Source of the DNA: Octopus sinensis
Taxonomy: Eukaryota
Length of the DNA stretch: 26,949 nucleotides
NCBI RefSeq assembly: GCF_006345805.1
Contig: NW_021834029.1
Location: 1 to 26,949, forward strand
Direction: 5' to 3'
The notes beneath the pieces were generated by a model that was not told where the DNA came from, searched no databases, and saw only the letters and a program-made list of their open reading frames with translations. The translations under genes were made by a program, and so were the position numbers. Position 1 is the first letter of the stretch, and each line of letters starts with the position of its first letter. Shown here piece after piece: positions 10,044 through 19,889 of this stretch.

Positions 10044-10092
10044 ATACATACATACATACATACATACATACATACATACATACATACATACA

Positions 10093-10123
<31 letters not shown>

Positions 10124-10210
10124 GTGTATACATATATATATATATTATATAAATATATGCATATATACATACATATATGTACATACCTACACATATATGT
10201 GTATATATAT

Positions 10211-10265
<55 letters not shown>

Positions 10266-10304
10266 TAAGAGTGAGAGAGAGAGAGAGTAAGAGTGAGAGA
10301 GAGA
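10044..10304. repeat. (TACA)n(TA)n(GA)n compound microsatellite
   Basis: Direct reading. Confidence 0.96.
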
Positions 10305-10410
10305 GGGTACTGTTACATTAAGGGAAGATCAACAAAAAAGTTCTCCATCCAGTGAGAGATAAATATAATTTAATGTACACAGTATCACAGTATGTTTATT
10401 CTGTGTACAT

Positions 10411-10414
<4 letters not shown>

Positions 10415-10497
<83 letters not shown>

Positions 10498-10536
10498 AAT
10501 ATATATATATGTGTGTGTGTGTATATATATATATGC

Positions 10537-10598
<62 letters not shown>

Positions 10599-10603
10599 GT
10601 ATG

Positions 10604-10675
<72 letters not shown>

Positions 10676-10752
10676 TATATATATATGTATATATATATGT
10701 ATGTATATATATATGTATGTGTATATATATAATATATATATATAATATATAT
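10415..10752. repeat. (TA)n(TG)n(TATG)n compound microsatellite
   Basis: Direct reading. Confidence 0.96.
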
Positions 10753-10930
10753 ACTCCATATGAAAGCGGGAAAAGAATTAATTAAATGTTTAGATGCATA
10801 GAATGTATAATGAACAAAGAAAATAGTATATTACTGTTATTAGGTGAGATCAAGAAAGCTTGAATACCTAAGATTTAATAATGTTGAATAATTTTACCTG
10901 GAGAGCTCAAGAGAAAATATCAAGGAAAAG
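10750..10930 (+). pseudogene. Probable continuation of the R4/Dong-like ORF, segment 2
   Basis: YTPYESGKR...IECIMNKENSI resembles the expected LYxPRxxGGRGL...ExxxxxExxSL that follows HPKS. Confidence 0.45.
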
Positions 10931-11538
10931 AAAAAAAGAAACCCCACTAAGAAATGTTCTCTTACTTGTTTCAGCAACTAAACTAGAAGCATGTTCGGAT
11001 ATTATCATTACAATAACGACAAAACTGATACATAAAGGAGCTGGGATTTGAGGGGTGGGGATTGGCAGGGACCGGTCCATCCCGGGAGGCAGCATTTTGA
11101 GTCTGTTGTATATATCATTCCTTGCTACTAGATTCCTGAAGGAGAGAAAAGAAAAAGAAAGAAGAAAGAGACAGAAAAAACTTAAAGGCTGCCCTGATGG
11201 TATACACCTTAGCTATACAACTGTTCAATCGCTTGTAAGGTGCCCATCTGAACGATTACACCACAAAGCCCACCTTTGTTTTGCTTTGTACTTTTTTTTT
11301 TCAGTTAGGTAAATGGATGAATTTATGGATGTGGGTGAATTATGGCCATGGACAAGAACACCAGACCTAAATAATGTTTGCGACTTAAGTCCAGGCCTTC
11401 GCAGCACAGAAACAAGCCCTATGTCCTCATTGTGTAGAATATGAGGAAAAATGGTAAAAATATAATGCATTTCTTAGAGAACATAATAAATTATTTTAGA
11501 TGGAATATGAGATACAGAATGAAAACATAACACGGTTC

Positions 11539-11903
11539 TTTATTTACATTATTTAAATTATTTACATTCGACGGATATTTGTCCTCATCTTGTTTGTTGC
11601 TAAATACCCTCCAGCCTTCTTCAGGTATCTTGGGGAAATTTCGAATCTGTGTTCTCATTCCGATGGTATTTTTCGATGTTATTATTATTATTATTATTGA
11701 GTGAGAGAGCAGTTCAAGCCATCAAAGTGACACTGGGGTTAAATATACGAAGCCCAATATACCCATCATGACTACCCGTCTGATAAGGGTACACCAGGCA
11801 CATTATTATTATTATTGTTCAGGTCACTGCTTGGAATCGAACTCGGAATCTTGGGGTTAGTAGTCCGCGCTCTTTACCACTACGCCATATGCCCGTGTAG
11901 GCA
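11539..11903 (-). mobile_element. tRNA-headed SINE family E, bounded by a TSD, with an internal (AAT)n and a nested insert
   Basis: Minus strand has A box TGGCGTAGTGG, B box GAGTTCGATTCC and tail AATGTAAATAATTTAAATAATGTAAATAAA. TSD ATAACACGGTTC (11527-11538) / ATACCACGGTTC (11904-11915), 11/12 identical. Confidence 0.8.
11699..11801 (-). mobile_element. About 100-bp insert, probably a retroelement 3' end with an (AAT)n tail, inside the SINE's (AAT)n tract
   Basis: Complex sequence flanked on both sides by (ATT)n. That it is a separate insertion is inference. Confidence 0.5.
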
Positions 11904-11954
11904 ATACCACGGTTCGCCTACAGGGAATTATTTGGAAAGTATACATTATGATAA

Positions 11955-11962
11955 ATATATAT

Positions 11963-11994
<32 letters not shown>

Positions 11995-12045
11995 ATGCAT
12001 TCATGTATTTATATTTGTATGTATGTATGTATGTATGTATGTATG

Positions 12046-12089
<44 letters not shown>

Positions 12090-12192
12090 GCATACATGTA
12101 TGTGTACGTGTGTGTGTGCGCGCGCATGATTATGTGCATGTGTATAGATATGTAGATAGATGTACACACCCACACACGTGCACACACACACA
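11955..12192. repeat. (TG)n(TATG)n(TA)n(CA)n compound microsatellite
   Basis: Direct reading. Confidence 0.95.
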
Positions 12193-12970
12193 ATCAAATC
12201 TAAAGACAACATAATCCTTGGAACTCAGCCATTGAATGCAGCCATAATATTATGAATAGGAAATCTGATATTGTAGAAAAGAAAAATAATCAGGAAAATG
12301 TAAAATATTTAATATTGAAATACTTGTAGACACTAGAAATGGAATCAACAAATAAGAAAAGATTTGTTAATTAATGATTTTCTATATCAGTGGAAGTTTA
12401 GCATGCGGTTGCTTGTGGACGGTTGCTACTGATGACACTCAAAAAAAGCAGAAATATGTATTTAGCAATTCCACCACCGTTGCTGATATATTTCTGTGTT
12501 TTTTAACACTATACGTCTATACGAGATGCTTTCTCGAGACGAATACTGCAGTTTTCAGGCTTTCAACAGTAAGTCTGCGTTAATTATGATTTACAAAATG
12601 CTATTTTGAACTAATACTGCTTCTGTCACTAATTACGAAGAAAGGACAAATAAATACCAATACCTCAAGAGGGTTATCATTCATATGTGGTTACTAATAA
12701 AAATTTTAAATTTTGATCTTTTATTTTTTTCATTGCTTGGGCACCACCTTCATGAGTCTCCGTTAATCAAGTCGATTCCAATAATTACTTCAGTCTATTA
12801 CATAGTTTGTCGGTCTCTATCTGTCGACTCAGTTACAGGATTTAAAGATTTAAAGTGACACACGATAAACAATACCGATTTTTAGACCGGTGTAAAGACA
12901 AACATATATACACATTATATGTATACATATAATGATTCCGTTTAGGTATAGCGTTACTAATAACCAGTTA

Positions 12971-13341
12971 TTTTATCTTTACCTTGTTTCAGTGATTAGA
13001 CTGCAGCCATGCTGGGGCATCGTGATGAGGAATTATAGTCGAAGAAATCGACCCAGTACTTATTGTTTTTTAAAGCCTGGTACTTATTCTATCGGTGTCT
13101 TTTGCCGAACCACAAAGTTACAGGGAGGTAAACTCACCAACACCGGTTGTCAATCGGTGGTGAGACACACACACACATATGACGGGCTTCTTTAAGTTTC
13201 CGTCTACAAAGTCCATTCAGAAGGCTTTGACCGGCCCGAGGCTATAGTAGAAGAAATTTGACCAAGGTGCTTCGCAGTGGGACTGAACCCAGAACCATTT
13301 GGTTGAGAAAAACTTTTTACCACACAGCCACGTCTGCACCT
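12971..13341 (-). mobile_element. SINE family B, full length, diverged
   Basis: Head AGGTGCAGACGTGGCTGTGTGGTAAAAAG...GGTTCAGTCCC, CORE-like CACCTTGGTCAAAT, internal (TG)n, and 3' end ...CACTGAAACAAGGTAAAGATAAAA. Confidence 0.85.
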
Positions 13342-13501
13342 ATTGTTAGAACTCAGTATACATATGCTTTAGAGTAAAAGTATTAGGCGAGTACAGAGGA
13401 TTATATAGTTATTAATGAATGGGAAAGGAACAAGATTCACGTAATAAACTTCATCAGCTTATAGTTGATTACATGATTCCTTTTCCTTTGTCATTTATTA
13501 A

Positions 13502-13522
13502 TGTGTGTGTGTGTGTGTGTGT

Positions 13523-13556
<34 letters not shown>

Positions 13557-13601
13557 TATGTGTGTGTATGTGTGAGAGAGAGAGAGAAAGAGAGAGAGAG
13601 A
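13502..13601. repeat. (TG)n(AG)n microsatellite
   Basis: Direct reading. Confidence 0.96.
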
Positions 13602-13769
13602 GTCAAAATAATGACAATTATAGAGATTTCACTAGATGTGTTTATACTGCGTGGCCAATAAATACTCAGCAAAGTGCATGTTGGCTCTGAAGAATCAAAG
13701 ATACGGTCTTTAAAGATAGGGGAATATGCGATTATATTCTAAACAAAGTTTCTTTAAGTTGTGTGTCTA

Positions 13770-13952
13770 CTTCCTTGAAATATTAGCCAGATCTCTCAAA
13801 AATCAAATACCATCGCCTTAAACAAGAAATAATACACTGGATAATGAAGTCATAGATGCTGCCAAAAGGGCAGAAAAGTCATGACTAGTGGACCTTTTGG
13901 ACATAGGTGTGCTCAGTGACGGTTAACCTGGGCTACAGATGCAACAACAAAA
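13770..13952 (+). repeat. Old interspersed repeat family D (unclassified, (CAA)n tail)
   Basis: Shares GAAATA...GCCAGATCTCTC...ACACTGGATAA with 14738-14945, and with the reverse complements of 17811-17945 and 19645-19837. Confidence 0.5.
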
Positions 13953-14396
13953 ACCAAAACAACTGGCTTTATTCCAAGTCACACTAAATCAATGTGTAAA
14001 GACGTATATTTGAAGAACGGAAGTAATTACTGAATAGGTTGTAACATCAAAGTAACAATGATATATATACTATTTTAGACATAACTACATCACTTGTTTA
14101 CACTTGATCGACCGTCTCCCAGCTCCCCGCTGTTGGGAGACAAAATAAACAGTCTTCATGAGAATCAGCTGTTAACTACTTAATTGTGTGTGTAAGGCAG
14201 GAGCTAATAACTCATATGATAATTGTGTAAACAATTTCTCAAGAAGGTCTAAACAAACAGACGAATTCCGCTGAAATCTGTGACGTAACAGCTGATTAAC
14301 CTTAAATAGTATGTAATCGGGAATGAGGATGCGAGAATGACTATGTAACTTTATATGCGCTCCACCTCTCTCTATCTCTCACTCTGTCATTTCTGT

Positions 14397-14417
14397 ATGT
14401 ATATATATGTACATATA

Positions 14418-14459
<42 letters not shown>
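14397..14459. repeat. (TA)n(TG)n microsatellite
   Basis: Direct reading. Confidence 0.95.
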
Positions 14460-14461
<2 letters not shown>

Positions 14462-14539
14462 AAATGAGAAAACGGAGAAACATACCTAAATCAATCATCA
14501 ACCATCAGATAATACCCAATCAATACTTTATTAAACCAT

Positions 14540-14673
14540 AAATCCACTCACAAGGCTTTGGTCGGCCCGAGGCTATCGAAGAAGACACTTGCCTAAGGTG
14601 CCACGCTGTGGGACTGAACCCAAAAACCATGTGGTTGGTAAGCAAGCTACTTACCACACAGCCACTCCTGCGC
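14540..14673 (-). mobile_element. SINE family B, 5' fragment
   Basis: Reverse complement of the 4479-4600 sequence, with intact head GGCGCAGGAGTGGCTGTGTGGTAAGTAGC. Confidence 0.88.
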
Positions 14674-14737
14674 CATGTGCCGAAATCAGAAAGAAAAAAT
14701 GTTAAAGACATCCATGAACAACCAACAAAAAAGACTT

Positions 14738-14945
14738 TAAGTGGTCGCTCGACCGGTCTGCCAGAAATAACAACCGAATCTTCCTCAAAGCACACCCTAA
14801 CATCTTTAGAAAGTGCGGAAGACACATTGGATAAATTTTTAGGTACACTGAGTCTTAGAAAGAGGATAGGATGACCATTAGTTGACGGCTTTTCCTCATT
14901 GGTTTACACGAGCAAGGCTGAGCAATGACAAAACAGCATCATCGC
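14738..14945 (+). repeat. Interspersed repeat family D
   Basis: GTGGTCGCTCGACC...AGAAATAACAACCGAATCTTCC matches the minus strand of 19790-19827 (GTGGTCGCTCGGCCCGCTAGATATAGTAGTCAAAT). A short piece also occurs at about 15778-15818. Confidence 0.55.
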
Positions 14946-15020
14946 CATCATCTTTATCATCAACAACAGCAGCTTTGTAAAATTGAAACATTGCGTTAAG
15001 AGAAAGGATTGCCTTAAGAG

Positions 15021-15264
15021 AAGACGGCAAGCTGACAGAAACGTTAGCACGCCGGACGAAATGCTTAGCGGTATTTCGTCTGCTGTTACATTCTGAATTC
15101 AAATTCCGCTGAGGTCGACTTTGCCTTTCATCCTTTCGGGGTCGATAAATTGAGTACCAGTTACGCATGGGGTCGATGTAATCGACTTAATCCGTTTGTC
15201 TGTCTTTGTTTGTCCCCTCTGTGTTTAGCCCCTTGTGGGCAATAAAGAAATAAGAAATAAGAAA
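15021..15264 (+). mobile_element. SINE family C, full length (tail type 2)
   Basis: tRNA-like head, B-box-like GAATTCAAATTCC, central GAGGTCGACTTTGCCTTTCATCCTTTCGGGGTCGATAAATTGAGTACC (resembles the Meta/Sauria-SINE-type central domain from memory), and tail GCCCCTTGTGGGCAATAAAGAAATAAGAAATAAG. Confidence 0.88.
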
Positions 15265-15865
15265 CGAACATACAAGAAAATAGTAGAATAGAACGCATAA
15301 CCCATGATACATTAATTAAATGTAGGGTGTTACAACTCTATGTATTTAGACTTGGTGGGAAATCAGGCTTCACAAGGGTCATTTTGACTGTTTTGGATGA
15401 TGATTAAATCGACTATTTCATTGTTACTTAACAATCCTGTAAACTTTCGATATAGATACATAAATGGCCGACAAAAGTTCAGCTAACGTCGTGTGCACAA
15501 ATATAAGGCAGTAATGGTATTCGTACTTTGGGTTAAATATTACTACTCAATGTAATATTTTATTTCAGATTCTGGATTTTAAGCAAAACATTTTACTAAT
15601 AAAAAAAAATCCCCCACCAAACATATTAGAGACAAATTATTCAGAATTTGGCATGTTCCCACAATGCATTTAAGGTTCATTTTTATTGTCAGCCATTTTA
15701 CATACCAATATCAAAAGATTACACAGAAGTTCAAAGTCAGGAAGATGAGTCTCCATGTGGTGTTTGAGAAAGAATCCCCTACACAGTCGCTCGGCATGTG
15801 AGAAATAGTAACCAAATTTGATGAAAATTACATAATGTATGTTTCTGATTATATATACGCTCACA

Positions 15866-15910
15866 TGTAGTAGTAGTAGTAGTAACTATGATTATTATTA
15901 TTATTATTAT
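15866..15910. repeat. (TAG)n(ATT)n microsatellite, tail of the adjacent SINE
   Basis: Direct reading. Confidence 0.9.
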
Positions 15911-16083
15911 GGCACAAGGCCAGCAATCGACTCTAGTGTTCAACTGGTATTTATTTCATCGATTCTGAAAAGATGAATGGCAAAGTCAACCTTGGTGAAA
16001 TTTGAACTCAGAACGTAAAGAGAGACGAAATGCCGCCAAACATTTTACCCACCATGCTAACGATTCTGCTAGCTTGCCTCCCT
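15911..16083 (-). mobile_element. SINE family C (tail type 1, internal deletion)
   Basis: GGCACAAGGCCAGCAAT...GGCAAAGTCAACCTTGGTGAAATTTGAACTCAGAACG...GCTAACGATTCTGCTAGC, the reverse complement of the 15021 copy head and body. Confidence 0.85.
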
Positions 16084-16887
16084 AGGCTTTGAAAGATATC
16101 AATATTGAAGTGTCAATTTTATGTTTTAGCTTTATCATTGACAATTAGCAATTTTCTTTCACTTTTTTTTTGGCGCACTTGTAACAAAAGATTACAAATA
16201 ATTCATCATGATCCACTGTTTTTTTTTTGTTTTTTCTTTTACAAGATTACAAGAGTTCGTGGCAAAAGGATACTGATTAAAATATACCCGAGCACAGCTC
16301 GTTTACATAACGATAGAAGATTGACAGCTTAACGATAATTACTAGAGTGCTAATACAGCAAAGATAATAAAAATTTACTCGCAGAAATGAGGCAATAAAT
16401 TGACTCACTTCTGTCGGTATTTAGCATCAGTGATAAATTAGAACCCAACAGGCACAGTATCTTATCACCACGGTAACTCTACCTCTACTTATGTGAGATA
16501 ATTAGATAGACGATAATGACTTCCAGTCTAAATACTCTTCGTATATCACGCTCTACTGTTTTATAGTGTTGTGTTAGCTCATTATTACTAAAGGGTGTGT
16601 TTAGACATAAAGTTGTTGAGACACGGGAAATAGGTTAATTAAATGTTCAATTTCAAGTATCCTGAATTACAAGGAATTTACGAACAAAACTTCCTTGTTT
16701 ACGTTTGAGTACGTAGTTCTTTTTCATCTTCTCCGAAAAGGAAAGGTATTGCCTATTAACTGGAGAATAGGTATTGCCTATTGACTTCTCAGAAAAAGAG
16801 GAAGAGAAATGCTTCCAACAGATTTTTTTTTCATGGTGCATTATCAAAATTGTTGGTTTTGAAAAACCTACGTTACTAATGATAATT

Positions 16888-17796
16888 GTTGTTTGTTCCT
16901 TCTCGAGCCATCCCTGGCTTATAAGGACCGGTTTCGCGGTTTCCTTGGCGTATAGGTTCCCCACCTGGACGGGACGCCGGTCCGTCGCAAGTAAGCTGCA
17001 AGATGTAGTGGATGAAAGTTGTGGCGAAAGAGTCAGCAGAGGTTCGCCATTACCTTCTGCCGGGGCCGCGTGAAGCTTAGGTGTGTAACGAACTTAGTGC
17101 GAGTGAATATCTTCGTGCACTTTTGGGGTGCACAAAGCAATCACTCACTAGCCGTTGCTTTAATAATCCAGAATCTCTGCCCGTCAGAAACAACAAGACG
17201 CAGACGTAAAATATACATATAACTACTTTATTCTCTTTCTTGGTAAACAATAACAATAAGTGTGTTATCTGATGTCCTAGGTTCGGGCGCGCACCGCTAT
17301 AAGTTAATAGATTGTAATATTTACAATCTTCAGCCCAAAAACAGAAAGGATTCAAGATGGCGTCGAACAATGGAGACGATGTTGGTCTGCAACAATTTTG
17401 GTTAAAAGTCTTCGGCCAAAGGACTGCTAGAATCAGTTCAGACGGAGAGAATATATGCGTGACTGCCGCCTTCAATCGCTGGGTCCCAAGTCATTGGCTG
17501 CTGCTGCTAGCGGTCAAACGTTCTACGACCCCCTTGCCTCGCTAACTGCTACGTAGGCAATAGGGTCGTGCTACCGGTGGTTCGCGCATGCGCGAGAGGG
17601 GCCTTCCTTTCTGTGCCTTGGTAAAGGCACCAACACGCGCGAAATACAAATGGGCGGTGCGCGAGCGCGCGCCGTTGTCGGATCACTACAGGTGTTTTCG
17701 CTCATAAACACACACACATCATCCAGTCTGAGATTCGAACCCGCGATCTCTCGACTGCGAGTCCGCTACTCTAACCACTAGGCTATGTGCCTCCAC
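16888..17796 (-). mobile_element. SINE of family A type, split by a 607-bp insertion (body 16888-17083, head 17695-17796)
   Basis: Both halves align with 41-343 and 22461-22777 and join at TTAGGTG|TTTTCGCTC. Perfect 13-bp TSD ACTAATGATAATT at 16875-16887 and 17797-17809. Confidence 0.9.
17084..17690 (-). mobile_element. Solo LTR of an LTR retrotransposon (Ty3/Gypsy-like by TSD length, tentative)
   Basis: Termini TGTAAC...CTACA (TG...CA, TGTA/TACA inverted). 4-bp TSD GGTG at 17080-17083 and 17691-17694. Minus-strand AATAAA at 17232-17227. CpG-rich U3-like end on the right. Confidence 0.8.
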
Positions 17797-17810
17797 ACTA
17801 ATGATAATTA

Positions 17811-17945
17811 GTCCTAGGTTATTTTATATTTAGACCTGTGATGAAAGGCACGTCAAACCGTGACCAGTCGGTTTTCATTTTTCTAGATGATATATCTAAG
17901 AGATTTGGTTGCTATTTCTAACATGTCGAATGACTGCATGAGTGG
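17811..17945 (-). repeat. Interspersed repeat family D, internally deleted
   Basis: GAGATTTGGTTGCTATTTCTAACATGTCGAATGAC is the reverse complement of the family D 5' motif. Confidence 0.5.
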
Positions 17946-18965
17946 GTGGAAGGTTCTTTCTAGAACACCGAAACTAAATTTTCCAACTGCACCTCAAAAT
18001 TTTCGGGTAATCTTGTGATATTGACAAAAATGGCTGACAATGAAATGAAACTGAAAAGTACGAGTATGGTGTACCAAATTCTGAATGATTTGTCTGTAAC
18101 TTGTTCGGAGAGGGTGATTTTCTTTCTTGTTAAAATCCCGAAGTTAATAGGACAGTAACGTAGAATCCAGTAAATGAATGTCATAAATACATTTACTTAG
18201 TGAATATGATGCCTGTCGAACGCTTGTAAATACGACGCAAACAGATTATCAAAAGCCCTATACGTCACCCCTTATATATCTTTTGTCTTACACGATATAC
18301 TCACAATATTGTTCATGTGCAATATTTCATAATTTCAACTTCATTTTAAGACCATGCTCACTGCCAATTACCATTTTTGTCAGAACAAAAAAAATCATTT
18401 AATTGTCGGCCATTTCATGTCTATCGCTATTTCCATTTTGTTATTCATCTCTGTCTCCTCCCCTTTCAAATCCCCTCTTGCGCCTTTTCCTCCTCCTAAT
18501 TCTCTTTTCCATCTACCAAGTTTCATTAGTTTCTCATTCGTTCTTCCACTTATATTTTTCCCCCCTTTTTTACTCATCTTCACTCGACTTTGTTTTCGTT
18601 GTATTTTAATATCCTCTTTATCATCTTTTGTTATCCTCTTCTTCCTTTTCTGCCTTCTTCATCTCAGGTGTGTCTTAGTTATTTCACGAATGCAAGTTAA
18701 CAGCATTGTTGCCAGATTAATTAATCTAACGAATTAGACATTCTCCAAGGACCGTATGAAGACTATACACTGATAACTGCCTCTATTATATAATAAACAC
18801 TGATAACTACATCTATTATATATTATTATTTCACCTGTGAGTCGTTAAATACGGCAAGATTAATAAATAACCCCCAAATTATTGTACGCGCGCACGTATG
18901 TGTATGCATGTATATAACAATATACACAAACAATACACATGAGCATTTTTGCCTCGACTCCTCCC

Positions 18966-18966
18966 T

Positions 18967-18997
<31 letters not shown>

Positions 18998-18999
18998 TA
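18966..18999. repeat. (TTTA)n microsatellite
   Basis: Direct reading. Confidence 0.93.
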
Positions 19000-19217
19000 T
19001 ATTTGATTTTTCTGGTCTTTCTTTGCCTCTTTCCACTCCATACCATATATTTCGGTGAAGGACTATTTCCGAAACGTCATAATTAATTCTTTCCACTTCT
19101 TTGGGAATTCAAAATGAAAACTTTAAGCGTGGACCTATCCCATTTTGTATTTTTTCGCTTTCTTTCTTTCTTTCTCTCTCTCTGTATATGTACAAATGTA
19201 TGTACGCACGTAATATA

Positions 19218-19267
<50 letters not shown>

Positions 19268-19312
19268 CATACATTTACACACATACACATATATACATAT
19301 GTACATACACAC
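19218..19312. repeat. (CA)n(TA)n microsatellite
   Basis: Direct reading. Confidence 0.95.
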
Positions 19313-19596
19313 ACGAACACATTTAAATAAACGTAGGTAATATTATTGTCCCTCACCCTATGTGAATAGTGCATGCGCTGTAGTGCAAAGCAGACACGAA
19401 AAGGCTATGAAATCTTGCTGAATCTCTGTCATATGTACGGAGGGAGGTTACACTACTCGCCGATAAGGATTCTTCTCACATAATAATCTTTCCGCATTCT
19501 AAACTGGCTCTTACGTTTAATGTATATTTCCTTCTGGGGATATACGTGACGAAGGAAATATATTTCTCTATGTGACTGAGACAAGACAACTTACTC

Positions 19597-19644
<48 letters not shown>
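19597..19644. repeat. (AGT)n microsatellite
   Basis: Direct reading. Confidence 0.96.
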
Positions 19645-19645
<1 letters not shown>

Positions 19646-19837
19646 TTGTTGTTTGGCTCGTGGACGGACCACTACTCCTGGAGAAATATGGCGAATGGTT
19701 TCCATCTGTGACCACTTGTCTTTCACTTCCAGACAGTACTAAATTATCCAAAGTGACCCGCCACCACCACACCTATTTTAAAACAGGGATATTTGACTAC
19801 TATATCTAGCGGGCCGAGCGACCACGTAGATGCCTTC
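19645..19837 (-). repeat. Interspersed repeat family D
   Basis: See 14738. Ends on the minus strand in AAACAACAAC then (TAC)n. Confidence 0.55.
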
Positions 19838-19889
19838 AAGCTGCATGGTGTACACCTATAAAAATCATCAAGAGACACAACGTAAGAAT

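Noticed and set aside
11043-11070. G-quadruplex motif GGG-N6-GGGG-T-GGGG-N7-GGG, and a C run at 24718-24733
   Set aside because: Isolated motifs with no supporting context for function.
11826-11895. tRNA-like sequences here and at about 270-343, 17720-17795 and 22705-22775
   Set aside because: Acceptor and anticodon stems do not pair properly and each continues into a SINE body. They are SINE heads, not tRNA genes.
16744-16782. 14-bp direct repeat AGGTATTGCCTATT, and an 11-bp tandem duplication at 20549-20570
   Set aside because: Typical local slippage or repair duplications, with no further structure.
17077-17545. ORFs 17077..17475 (-) and 17357..17545 (+) inside the LTR
   Set aside because: No gag, pol or env motifs. 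Their length is expected by chance in GC-richer DNA.
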